DNA of 33,192 bases from Hyphochytrium catenoides (lineage: Eukaryota > Protista > Hyphochytriomycota). Shown one piece after another: positions 1-11,578 of the stretch. A program made the position numbers and the translations under genes. Where the stretch lies: NCBI GenBank assembly GCA_900088475.1, contig FLMG01004481.1, positions 1 to 33,192 of the forward strand, given 5' to 3'. The first letter of the stretch is position 1. Every line of letters starts with the position of its first letter. Under the pieces are notes generated by a model that saw nothing but the letters and a program-made list of their open reading frames with translations, searched no databases and was not told where the DNA came from.

Positions 1-38
<38 letters not shown>

Positions 39-56
39 GCTCTCTCTCGCTCTCTT
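1..56. repeat. (CT)n microsatellite
   Basis: Near-perfect TC dinucleotide run at the window start. Confidence 0.95.
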
Positions 57-431
57 TTATGTTGTGTATTTTATAAAAGACAGTAGTAGGGAGAACGCCG
101 TGACTTATCATTGCACCTCCCTATTTTCGGGAGCTGGACACAATTGCGAGAACCAGGTACAGATACTCAAAACAGTAGTAGAACACCCCAGAAACTAACG
201 CTTAACCGGAAATAGCATGTGCACCTCAACACCTCAACGCGTTTTGTACTGACAGAGCCTCATGGCCCTCTTTCCACTCCAAAATCACCGAAAATATCCC
301 AGAGGGACCAAAGACTAAGAATTGGATAAAACAGAACTAGGAGAGGGAGAAAGAGAGAATATTGAGAGAAAGAGGTGCAAGAAAGAAGAGAGTGAAGGTT
401 GAGATGACAGTGGCAGAGTGTAAGGCGTAGT

Positions 432-463
<32 letters not shown>

Positions 464-1909
464 CAGAAAGGGAGAGAGAAAGAGAGACAAGGGCATTGGG
501 AGACTAAGAGCGGATGGTCTCTATAAACCTTAGGATTCAACTGCAAAAAGGGAGCAACTCTGTGCTGGCGTGCTGCCACATCTCCTCCTTGCGCTCTTCT
601 CATCATGACGATCATCGACGACCTCCATACTTTACCGTGAGTCGTAGTGCTCTGGAGAGGACAGTGGGAGAGAGAGGCAAGAGAGAGAAAGACATAGCAA
701 AATGACAGAGAGAAGAAGAGGGCAATTGAGGACGTCTTTGCGGGGAGAGTGGCAAGGAAAGATATCCATCATGATGCTCTCACCTCCAGTGCTCTGCCGC
801 TAGGCTCCTCCTCCGAAGGGCGGCTGCTGCCCTGCTGCCGGGGAACTGACGTTTCATCCCCTTCCTTCCCTCTTCTCCAACTTCCTCTCGCTTTTGTTTC
901 CTCTTCTCGACCGTCTGTCCTTCTTAGCAACTCTTCGAGCAATATTAGGACTACTGGACGTCGTCGAAGTCGAGGGGGCGAGAGATAAGGAGGAAGGAGG
1001 AGAGAGAAAGGGGAAAGAGGAGGGAAAAGAGAACCCGGAGAGAGAAAAAAAGAGAGAGAAAGCGCAATTTGCCCGATGGCCTCAGCTCACTACTATCGTG
1101 GCTGAGAAAAGCCAAGAAGGTCTGTGGCCCGGCGCAAGTGATCTTGTCTGTCGCCCACATCCAGTGCGGAGAGGACGCCTCTGCATCGGAAGCTGGTAGA
1201 CACCGTCCGTTTCCCGGCCTTTCTCTTACTGCGGTCTCTCCTCTCCCGCTCTTTCTTTCTCTCTGTCTCTCAAACTCTCTCTCTGTCTCCCTTTCTGGCT
1301 TACAGAACGAACAGGTTCTTACACAGCCCAGTCTGATGGTATCCGTCGCCTCTGGCTTTTGATGTATCCTATCGCCTCCCTTTCTCTCTCTCTCTCTCTC
1401 ATGTCTCTCTCTCTGCGCCTCATTAGCTTGCCTATCTCCCCGTTCCAGCTCTGTCTCTGCTCCACCTACACTCTTTTGAATGGATGCGAAAAGGGTGCAT
1501 TTCTAGAAACAATATAGCGAAGGAATCCCCAATGTGTCTCTCTGTATCTCTTTCCACCCTTTTCAACCCTTCAATAGTAGAGGACCCTTGGGGTTCACTC
1601 CTCGGTGGTCTACCCTTCTTCTTCTACTCTCTCTCTCTCTCTCTCTTCTTCTCTTTTCCTTGCTATCTCTCTCTCCCGCCCCTCCGCCGCAAACTTTGGT
1701 TTTGCTCTCCGCTGTGTTCCTGTCTCCCACGAGGGGCTGGCCGTCTCCTCCGAAGTCCTCCTCACTTTGCAATCACCAGGCTATCGAACAAGCACTACCA
1801 CTTTGTTTTGACCAAGACAAGCAGGAAGCCTCCCGTCGGCTATCCCTGGTTCTCCCTCTCTCGCTAGGACAGTTATCCTTCTCTTCGTCTCTCCTGATCT
1901 AGAGATACC

Positions 1910-3109
1910 ATGGTTCGCGTCACGTCTATGATAATGCAAGGCCTGCTTATGGCAGGCCTCACACTGCTTGCCACTAAAACCGAAGCCGAGAGCCTCTTTA
2001 CACTGAGAAGGATCACCTCTGCCTCTTCCAACCCATATGAAGGCAAGCAGCAGTACGTCAACCCACGCTTTGTCAAGCACGTAGACAGCTCCATCGCCAA
2101 GGTTCCTGGCAAGGCTGATGTCCTGCGCAAGGTGCAGATTCTTCCTGTGGCCGTATGGCTGGACAACATTGCCGCCACCACGCAGATCAGAAGCTACCTG
2201 GAAGAGGCTAGACGGCAGCAGAACAACGCTGGAAAGCCCGTGGTTGTCACCTTTGTTATTTATGATCTTCCAAACCGCGACTGCGCTGCTGCTGCCTCCA
2301 ATGGAGAGCTTCTGGTCGCACAGAACGGCCTAGCGCGGTACAAGGCAGAGTACATTGATGTCATTGCCAGAGAGTTCGCCGCCTATCCTGACATCTCTAT
2401 AGCAGGCATCGTGGAGCCTGATTCTCTTCCAAACCTGGTAACCAACCTGGCAACGCCTAAGTGTGCAGAGGCTAGCCAAGCTTACAGAGATGGTGTTGTG
2501 TACACGCTGCAGAAGCTTTCTGCTCTTCCCCACGTCACTCTGTACCTTGATGCCGCTCATGAAGGCTGGCTTGGATGGCCAGACAACCGTAGTGCCTTCG
2601 CCAGACTCGTTGCTGACCTGCTTCAGAGGGCAGGAGGTCCACAGGTTATCCGCGGCTTCGCTACTAACGTTGCCAACTATAACAGCATCTCCACCTTTAC
2701 CAACGGACAGCCTGCTTATCCTATTGACTTTAACCCTGCTTGGAACGAGACCTCCTATGTCCAGCTCTTGAAGGAGTCTATGGACGCTGCGGGAATGCCT
2801 AACATGCGGTTCATCGTTGACACAAGTCGCCAGAGAGTCCTCCCTGTAGAGAACAAGAAGCTCCAGGAGTGGTGCAACATCAAGGGCGCTGGGCTGGGCC
2901 TTCGTCCTACGACTAACCCTCATCCGTTGATGGACGCGTACGTCTGGGTGAAGATCCCTGGAGAGAGTGATGGCACTTCAGATAAGAATGCAGCGCGCTT
3001 TGACTTCCACTGCGCCTCAGCAGATAGCTACCAGCCTTCTCCTGAGGCTGGAGAGTGGAACCATGAGTACTTTATGGGACTGGTGGAGAGAGCGACTCCT
3101 CCTCTTTAG
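1910..3109 (+). CDS. Secreted glycoside hydrolase family 6 cellulase (Cel6A-like cellobiohydrolase), single exon, 399 aa, no CBM
   Basis: Uninterrupted ORF with a hydrophobic signal-peptide-like N-terminus (LLMAGLTLLA..TEA). GH6 motifs in order: VIYDLPNRDCAAAASNGE, IVEPDSLPNLVTN (catalytic Asp), YLDAAHEGWLGW, GFATNVANYN, FIVDTSR, WCNIKGAGLG, DAYVWVKIPGESDG, RFDFHC, PEAGEW. Confidence 0.96.
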   Translation: MVRVTSMIMQGLLMAGLTLLATKTEAESLFTLRRITSASSNPYEGKQQYVNPRFVKHVDSSIAKVPGKADVLRKVQILPVAVWLDNIAATTQIRSYLEEARRQQNNAGKPVVVTFVIYDLPNRDCAAAASNGELLVAQNGLARYKAEYIDVIAREFAAYPDISIAGIVEPDSLPNLVTNLATPKCAEASQAYRDGVVYTLQKLSALPHVTLYLDAAHEGWLGWPDNRSAFARLVADLLQRAGGPQVIRGFATNVANYNSISTFTNGQPAYPIDFNPAWNETSYVQLLKESMDAAGMPNMRFIVDTSRQRVLPVENKKLQEWCNIKGAGLGLRPTTNPHPLMDAYVWVKIPGESDGTSDKNAARFDFHCASADSYQPSPEAGEWNHEYFMGLVERATPPL

Positions 3110-4368
3110 ATAATGGAGAAAGAGAGAGAAGGAGGACAGGTGAAGGGAGAGCAACTTTTCAAAGGAAGAGAGAGAACTCGGACCGGCATCTCTTTGCCTC
3201 TCCCCTTTTTTATATTAGACAGCCTTGATGGGCCTTCTGTCTTTCAGTTCCGATGGAGAGAAGAAGAAGAAAGAGAAATGCTGCTGCTGGGGCTTGACTG
3301 CGTGAGAGAGCAAGTCGCAACCCTCTGCCTTTATAAATGGACATCCTGTCTTTTTGTTTACAATAAAGAAGTTATTTTGAAGCACTCTCGTCCCCTCTCC
3401 CATTTCCTTTCGCTCTCTCTCTTCTCACACATATTTTTCTACACTCTTCCTTGTCTTCTTCTTCTTCTTTTCTCTGATCTCCTCTTCCTCTTATCTCTAT
3501 TACATTGACTAATGACACTTTCTCATATGACTGCTGGCGTCGGTGTAGGGCACTTACGAGCCTCCTCTACCTTATAAAATATAAAGCTACGGCCCATTTT
3601 AATGAAAACATAGCTACTGCAGGTAGTTGTTTCTGACGCAGAGAAAGAGGAAGTTAGTCTACTGGTCGCTCTCTCATGATCTGGCATTCGTCCTGGGCTT
3701 TTGCACACTGACTGTAGGAAAGAGTGGTGAGCGCTGCAGCGTCGAACTCTTACCCAGCTGTGACAATCGATCATCGCTCCCTTGTCCAAGACTATCTCTT
3801 ATCTTCTCCAGGTCGTGGCCTTTCCCTCTTTTTTACCCGATGCTATGGCTGTCTTGCCTAGAGTTTTTCTCGTCCACCCTTCTTACCCGTTCTTCCCCAT
3901 GTGTTCCTTACTGTCTTCTTTCCGACAGGTGCAATGTCTTTTCTCTCTCTCTTTGAACTCTCTCTCTCTCTCTCTCTCTCTTGCTCCCCTCAAGCTCCTC
4001 TGCCATCACTTGTCATCATCATCATCATCACTATCGCGGACTGGTCGGCCAGCGGCGGCAGCAGCAAGGGAAGGAAGCAGCCCATCCTCCTCCTCTCCCT
4101 CTCAGAGATCAAAAGTCAAAAGAAGCGTCTCTGATGCGGAACAAGAAAAACTGATTCTGGACCTGGGGGAGTTCTGGGTTTAAATGGATCCCGACCACGG
4201 ACCTCATCTATTCCTGACATTGCTATCCTTTGCGCCTATTATTTGTGATATTAAGGCATCTCTTCTGAATAGCCTAGGTAGAATCGCTGCAGCTCGTCCT
4301 CACTTTGATAGAGAGAGAGAGAGAGAGAAGGTTTGGACCAGAAAAGCATTGATTTTATGGAGAACGGT

Positions 4369-4800
4369 CCTCTCTCTCTCTTTCTCTCTCTTTCTTTCCC
4401 TGTCTCTCTTTCTCTCCTCTTTCTTTCTCTCTTTCTCTCTCTTTCTTTCTCTCTTTCTCTCTCTCTCTTTCTCTCTCTGTCTCTGTCTCTGTCTCTGTCT
4501 TGGAAAAGGTAAGGCTTTCTGTCTTCCCCCTTTTCTTTCCTCTCACTTTCTGTATTATTCTTGGCACTGTGCTCCAGCCAGCTCTCTTTCTCTCTCACTC
4601 CCTCTCTTCGCTTGGCCACCAGGTGTGCCCAGGTTTCTTATTTGTAAAGAGTGTTATGTTCCCTGTTCGGTTTGTGTTGGGTGTTGGGTGGGGCTAGGGC
4701 TTCCCTCACCCTCTTTCTCTCTCTTTTTCTCTCTCTCTCTTTCTCTTTCTCTCTCTCTTTCTCTCTCTCTTCCTCTCTCTCTCCCTCTCTCTCTTTCTTC
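4369..4800. repeat. Compound (CT)n/(CTTT)n/(CTCTGT)n pyrimidine tracts
   Basis: Long imperfect runs at about 4369-4500 and 4711-4800. Confidence 0.9.
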
Positions 4801-5610
4801 CACTAATATCTTTCAATTAAAATTATCTGTAAAATGCTACGCTAAGGAATTACTCTGTCTCTCACAATTTGCTTTCAGTTCTACTCTGTCTTGTAACTTT
4901 TGTATTCCTCCTTTTGTAAGGTGCCTTGCTCTGTCTTGCGCTGTCTCCACCTCACTCTTTGCCTCTTTTTTTCTCTTTCTCCAGTTTCTTGCTCTTTCTG
5001 AAGCTCGATTTCTGAAGCCTTGATCACCGATAGATCTTCAGAGCTCTGCCGCTTGCCTGAGCTTCAGATGGGCAGGGTCTGCATAGAGAGAGACAGGGAA
5101 AGCCGATTATTGCTGTCTCTATCTTCAGAAGTCGCCGTTCTCTAGTCAGTTTGCTCGCTGGTCTGGCGCAATTATTGCCAGCAAAGTCCTTGGAAACCGC
5201 CCAGTTCAGTAGCATCTATCTATTAACTCTCTCTCTCTCTCTCTCTCTCTCTTGCCAACGTTGAGGAGACTCACAAGACTCTTTCTTCCCTGCCAACACG
5301 TATCGGAGGACAATCTGTTTCTTTTTGGCTTCTGCCGCGGGACTTCCAGGCCAAAACCAGGATGAGAGAAGGCAGGCTTGTTGCCTACGTGGGTCGATAT
5401 ACTGTCAGCGGTTGGATAAGAATCTGATTGCTTATAAACACTTGGAAAAGGGGGAGAGATAAGAGGAGAGAGAGAGCAAAAGAGAGACACAGCTCTTCCC
5501 TTCTCCTTCCCCTTACGTTATCACCTGTTCAACTCTCTCCTCTCTGAATCCATCCAAGCCCCTCCGTCCGCCTCCAATAACAGGGGCGAGCGAGACATCC
5601 TCTGCTTCCA

Positions 5611-5902
5611 ATGACAGAGTATGAAGTTGTATGGGGCAATCAAGATCTCGGTTGCACTCTAAGAGAAGGAGGACCGGGAGGATGCCCCATCGTTGGCCGC
5701 ATCACGCGCAGAGATGCTGTTGCAGCTACGTCAGGAGTCAGAAGCGGGCACTTGCTGGTCGCCGTCAATGGCAGAGAGACGTCCCGGATTGGCTATGATA
5801 GCACGGTGGATCTGTTGAAGAATCTTCCTCGGCCAGGTAAGAAGCAGGTCCTGTGGCCCTTAGGATAATGGTCCCGACTTCTTTCTCCCTCCTGTTCTAG
5901 TG

Positions 5903-5940
<38 letters not shown>

Positions 5941-6249
5941 ACGCACTTCACTTTGCTTCCCTCTCTTGGAGTGCCTCTCTCGGGTCCGGTCTGTCGATCT
6001 CTCTTATACTGTTTGGAGCTCAGCCAAAGCTCTCTCCGTTGTGTGGAGCAGAAGCTTCTATGCGCATCCATCTCGATAGGATTGTGCGTGTTCGTTTCCT
6101 GGTCTCTTCTGAGTCATACTTCTTGCGTGAATGCCTTTGCCTGATCTCTGGCTTTAGTCTGGGTTCTGTTCTAGGTTAAGATGGAGATTATGACCTCCTT
6201 CTAATGGGTTCTCTTACTCTCTTTCCTTGGCTCTTTCTCTCTCTCCCTC

Positions 6250-6286
<37 letters not shown>

Positions 6287-8525
6287 TGCCGTCATCCTCC
6301 CTTAACTGCTGGCTGTTTCTTTAGGTGTCTTGAGATTTTTAGCTCCAGCAGGCGATGCTCCTCCAGGCAAAGCTGTCCCTCGGGACGAGTACACAGTAGT
6401 CTGGGAAGAGGGAAAGCTGGGCATTGTGTTCACGCCAGGAGGACAAGAAGTGCTAAACCTTCCTTGTGTCAAGCAGCTGACAGGTGAGGGGAAGATGAGG
6501 AGAAGGGGAAAGAGAGAGTGAGAGAGAGAGAGCAGAGTATGGTGTGAAGAGCTTGCGAATGGATGGGGCAAGGCATGACAAGCAGAGCAAGAGAACGCGG
6601 ACGAGGCGCCAGGCTGGTAAAGAGAAAGACGTCGTAGGACAGGTGTACGATGAGACGAGATGCCGAGCACGAACCTGTCATTTCATCCTCTATTGATCAC
6701 GTGGCTTTGTTTTCCTGCGTTAGCCGAACCTGACCCATGTGTCTTCCCTTTGTCGCCACTGGCTCTTTCTCTCTCTCTCTCTCCATTCGCAGGACACGGT
6801 CGCTCTGGCAGCATCGCTAGGGTAAAGCTAGGGGACTTGCTAATCTCAGTGAATCAGAACCAAGCCAGCAGGCTGGGCTACCAAGGCAGCATAGACTTGC
6901 TCAAAGTAGTTGGCAAGCCTTGCATCTTGCGCTTCAAGGTCCAGAAGTCCTTGCGCTCTGCGTCCGCAGTCACAGGGAGAATAGTCCCAGAAAATAGCAT
7001 TATTCCTCCGCGTTTCTCTGCCCCTCCAACAGTTCAAAGAGGAGGAAAGTATGGGGGCTCCAGCGCAAGAGAAGGAGAAGAGTACGACGTGGTGTGGAGA
7101 GAGGGTAACCTGGGCCTCACGCTGAAGCCCAACATCAGCAATATTCCTTTCATTAGCCGTAAGAGTGGCAACGGAGACGGAGCAGAAGGCTTTGAACTTG
7201 CTCATGAAGGCGATGAACTCATAGCAGTGAATGGAATCCGGCCCTCTCGGGACTTCTATCAGACAATGGCGATGGTCAAGTCGGCCAAGCAGTCAGGGAA
7301 GCCTGTCGTACTAAGATTTAAAGCTGGAGTAGGGGCCTCTGAGAGGCAAGGAAGTGACTCGTACCCTCGTTCTTCGCGAGGCTCGGGCTCTTCAGAAGAT
7401 TGGAAAGGCTCATCCACGTCAACAGGAGCTCTTCCCCTTCCATCCTCGGGTGCTGTGGTTGCAGGCGGCCCACAAAGTAGTATAGCCAAGCGCTTTGCGG
7501 CTGGCGTTGTACCAGACGCTCGGCTCCCTCCTCCTCCACCAGTGATTCCTCTCCCTCCTCCTGGCATGAACCCTGAAGTCTACGAGTATTTCCTTCACCA
7601 GCAAAGAGAGGCAGAAAAGAGGCTTGCACAGTATGATGAGGAACTACGCAGAGCAGCGCAAGAGAGGGAGAGATTGGCCAAGCTTCTCCAGGAGAAACAG
7701 CGGCAGGTAGCAGAGGCAGAAGATGACTATGGAAAGCAAGTGTTGGACACAGCCAAAAACATTCTCTCCTCTCCTTCTCGCATGTCAATGCTTAGCCCTG
7801 GCATTCCACCACAGGCGTCCACTCCTCTTTCTCCAGCCTCCTTAAGCAACTACGGCTCTCCTTCTGTCTCATCACCGAAGAGAAAAGGATCTGTCCCTAA
7901 GACCAGAGACCCGAAGAAGAAGGCTCTCATCAATGAGCTTCACGCTATTCTAGGCCTTCCAAAGCTAGGGCAGAAGAAGAAGTGCTCACAATGTGGGAAA
8001 GAAGAGACAGAGGAAGAGCCACTAGAGCAGGATGAGTCCGATATGCGCTGGTACTGCACAAAGTGTTTAGACGAATACTATGCAGAGCAGAGAGAGTTAG
8101 AAGAGCAATGGAGAAAGGAGCAAGAAGAGCTAGCAAGAAAGCAGAGAGAAGAGTACGAGGCTGCTTTAGCGCAAGAAGAACAAGAGGAAGCACAAGAAGC
8201 AGAAGAGGAAGTACTTCGTGAGCAAAAGCAGAAAGAGGTGGAAGATCTACAAAAGAAGCATCTTCTGGCTAAGATTGCCGCTGAGAACGCGGCGATGCAG
8301 CGGCGTATAGAGCAGGAGGAGGAGGCATTGAGCCGAGTAACCTCGGCGGCAGGAAAGATCCATGAGAACCAGTCAGAACTTACTGATGAACAGATTCTAC
8401 AACTCTCCTCTGCTATAGAGAAGGCGGAGGAGGAAGAGTTTAGTGAGGTTAGTGAGGACGAAGTAGACAGTGAAGCAGAGGGAGAGGGAGGAGAAGGAGA
8501 GCAGGATGACTCGGTTTGGCTATGA
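5611..8525 (+). CDS. Multi-PDZ scaffold protein (3 PDZ-like repeats, Pro-rich linker, coiled coils, CxxC..CxxC zinc finger, acidic tail), about 705 aa. Exons 5611-5836, 6325-6483, 6793-8525
   Basis: Three repeats of EY(E/T/D)VVW...LG...G(H/D)xL(V/I)xVN...LRF, joined in frame by two GT-AG phase-1 introns. CSQC...WYCTKC at 7983-8066; E/Q/R/K-rich coiled-coil segments. Confidence 0.85.
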
Positions 8526-9223
8526 GAGGAGTTAGACTGTGTACTAAGCGTGTCCTTTCCTCTCTTGCTCGACGTGTCCGGTCGAGATCGTCTCTCTCTC
8601 TCTCTAGCAGTAACTGTTTTCTAAAGACTATTATGTAGACCATGATCCTCCGCCTGTCATTACACGGCTGTAGGGAGGCATAACCCTCTTTTGCATCTCT
8701 CTCTCTCTGCCGGCTCGCTTCTTCTTCTCTCCATGCTTGTGATACACTTGCCGCTTGGTCGTGTCGTCTAAGCGTTCATGCGAAGAAAGTACTCTAAAGA
8801 AGTTGGCACACTTTTGTTCTATCCTCATCTCTGCCGTTATCGACCTGCTTCCTCTCCATCCACGCTATTTAACTCTCTCCTTTTCTCCCATGCGTCCGGT
8901 TTTCCGACCCACAATCGCTACTGAATAGTCATACGCCGGTACGGTCGACCTCCACTTTATTAGCCAGGTTATCATCCTCATGCAGCCGTTAGGACGGCCG
9001 AAAACATGGGTGGATGCCCGCTGAACGATTGCTGATCGGACGCCGAGGGTTCCACGAGGAGGAAGAAGGGCTCTACCGCGGTAGGAGCATTAGAGGGACT
9101 ATTGCGACTTTGCTATAGATTCTTGGCGAGCTAGCTGGGACATGTAGGGGGCAACACGGGCGAAAACGATAAGAGAGAGGAGAAGGAGGGCTGCTGACAC
9201 TCAAGTTACACGGCAATGCAGTC

Positions 9224-10725
9224 CTATCGCACAAGCCATTTGCCTCCAGTTGAGTCTGTGTCTTTGTCCACAGCCTTGAGGTTCTGCACCATTTCGAGAT
9301 ACTTCCTCTGAGCACTGGAGGATAGCTCTTTCTGTCTCTTCGCTTCCTGCTCCTCTTTCTTCTTTTTAGCCGCCTCTTTCTCCTTCTTTTTCTGAAGCGC
9401 GGCAGCTAGTCTCTGTTGCAAGAGATCATTGTGCTTTGGCTGTGAGTCTACCTCCTCCGCCGCCGCCGAGACCGCGGTCTCCCTTTCTCCGTTGCTTCCC
9501 TTCTTGACAGGAAGTTCTGTTGGAGAGGCGTCACCCTCGCGTTTCCTAGATTGTATGGGCCTTCATGGTGAGATAGAGAAGGTACTTCTAGCAGAAGAGC
9601 TCAATAGCAGAAGGAGGTGCACAGAAAGGCAGTCTGTCAATAAAGAGCAGCCTGGGCATGTGAGGATGGAAAGGAAGTAGGAAGCAGGCGTACGGAGATG
9701 GCGAGAGCCATTTAGAAATGATTGAAGTGACGGAGAGCGAGCCATATCCACGCTCTATCGCGCTAGAGGCAAGCGAGAGCCGGCTGGAAGGTATCTGCAC
9801 CTCTTTTGTCCACTATTGGGACTTGATGATCTGTCAGGTCGGCTTGATGACGCCAGACTCGATGCGGGAGGCGCAACCGCGTCCACATTCTTCTTTGGCT
9901 TGTCTAAAGAGGAAGAAGAGGATGCTGACGGTCCCTCCACCCGAGCTGCTTCTCTAGGTGCTACCGGGGTCGCTCCTTGTCGCTGCAGAGCTAAAAACTA
10001 CTCCAAGAACGGTCAGAGACGAAGTCGGTGCAGAGAAGAATGGGGATGGCTAAGTGAAAGGAGAAACTAGTAGAGAGAGAGCGCCTTCCTGATGTTCCGG
10101 GTGAGCGTTCGTATCGGCTGCGTGGTTCTAAAATCTTAAGCTCGAACAACACGGATCCGTAAGAAAGAGGAGGAAGCCAACCTTTGCCATAAAGCTGCCG
10201 TCATTTGAGAAGAGTTCTTGAGCTGGGGCAGGCGGAGCTGGTGGGACTGCTGCTGGTGGTGCGTTAGAGGCCGAAGAAGGAGATGCGGAAGTGTCCCTCG
10301 TGCCAGCGGGAGGAGTGGCAGGCTTCTCACTTTCTGGTCGATTCCACGAGCATTCTCCAGTCTTGATGTTCATGAAATAAACCCGCTAGATAGCAAAGGA
10401 GGAACCGATGGAGACCCATGTCAATAACAGGAACCGATGGAGACGGAGTGGAATGGCAAGCATTGGAGCAAGGGGCAGGCCAAGGGATAAGAAAATTGAT
10501 AGACCCTAGGTATAAATAGCGCCGGAGCGCCAGTTGATAAAGGCTCGGAAGCTCTAAGAGTACGTGTAGAGCGTAAGGCAGGGCGACTTATGCAAGAATG
10601 GAGCTGCCTCAGCCCCATAAAAGGGCAACAGGATCAAAGAATGGAAGCAAACCAAAATTGCGTACCCCATCGCCAGTCCGCCTCTCCTCCCAGCCCGCCT
10701 TTGATGGCTGAGATTTGCCAGCCAT
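9224..10725 (-). CDS. WW-domain protein with TRIR/C19orf43-like motifs, about 260 aa. Exons 10725-10666, 10385-10182, 9997-9801, 9545-9224
   Basis: Splicing reconstitutes a WW domain (GWEERRTGDG|RVYFMNIKTGECSWNRP). Then LFSNDGSFMAK|FL, resembling the FANDGSFLELF motif of TRIR as I recall it, and C-terminal KYLEMVQNLKAVDKDTDSTGGKWLVR, resembling TRIR's KYMAEVKKYK...RPLVK. All three introns are GT-AG with matching phases. Gene model is firmer than the TRIR assignment. Confidence 0.75.
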
Positions 10726-11578
10726 TCCTGCTTCCTAGCTGTACGTCCCACTTTCCAGATGCCGAAGGTCTCAGTTGAGAAGTCTAACTTAAGCTCAGCT
10801 TGTCATACAGCACGTCTAAGGGCCATGTAACGTGCTTTCATCGGCAAGCGGCGGCCAGAAATGGCAATAGTCTCTGTCTTCAGTCTTCAAGGCAGATGCA
10901 GAAGGCACAGAATGTGACAGAGCCAGAGCTTTCCATAGAAATGTAGTGGAAAACTCACCACTATCGAGAGACAGACGGTGAAGTAGATGCGGTATAAATC
11001 TAACGAGATGCGTTTAAGACTCGTTAGGTGCTGTAAAAGGACCAAGTCAGAGATACAAAGACACAAGACAGAGTGACACCAAGTTACTTGGGCACGGGCA
11101 AATTATTGATTATCATGAGGATCTCGCAAGTCCTGATTTAAATCAGAAGCTCCCAAGGGATCAGCTGTCTGTTGTACAGTAATTCCAGATCGTGCATAAG
11201 GACCATAGTATCATAGATAACACAGAATATTTGTAGCCCATCGGGCAGAATTCTGAATGGATGGCGATTCTCAATAGTTGGAGCTCCAAAATCTTCATCT
11301 GCCGCCAATCTTCATCATCATCGGATCTCTCCGAGGACCATCGCCTACAGCTGGATGCAAAGGCACCAGACACGGTCTTATACGCGCCATGCAGGAGGCA
11401 CTTAACAGAGTGAGGGTCTTTCTTCTTCCCTGCGTGTGAACCCCACTCTCTGAGAGGCTGAGCAATGGACGCATGCCTCTGACCATCAAGAACAGCAAGC
11501 CTCGCCTATTCTACTCTTTCGCCTTCCGGAATTAGGGAGTGGACCCTGTGAGAACCGTGACTGCATATAGTACGAAAG
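10726..11578. promoter_or_regulatory. Divergent intergenic region between the WW/TRIR-like gene and NUP107
   Basis: Inferred from head-to-head gene orientation only; no specific promoter element identified. Confidence 0.45.

Noticed and set aside
500-1200. Possible spliced minus-strand gene between GA tracts
   Set aside because: Some open frames and splice-like sites exist, but I could not build a convincing protein or recognise a motif.
2330-2923. 197-aa antisense ORF inside GH6, and similar ones inside PDZ, NUP107 and BFR1-like genes
   Set aside because: Shadow ORFs expected from the codon bias of real genes on the opposite strand.
3523-4183. ORFs downstream of GH6, including a possible terminal exon ending ..SDAEQEKLILDLGEFWV
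   Set aside because: No upstream exons could be linked and no homology was recognised.
4184-5023. 279-aa ORF and the many similar SLSLSL or ERERER ORFs (e.g. 17241-17911, 24999-25742, 31810-32517)
   Set aside because: Translations of CT/GA microsatellites, which lack stop codons; no domain content.
8631-8828. Minus-strand ORF with DDTTKRQVYHKHGE, resembling the end of a DnaJ J-domain
   Set aside because: No HPD motif or preceding helices; lies between two convergent 3' ends and is probably chance.
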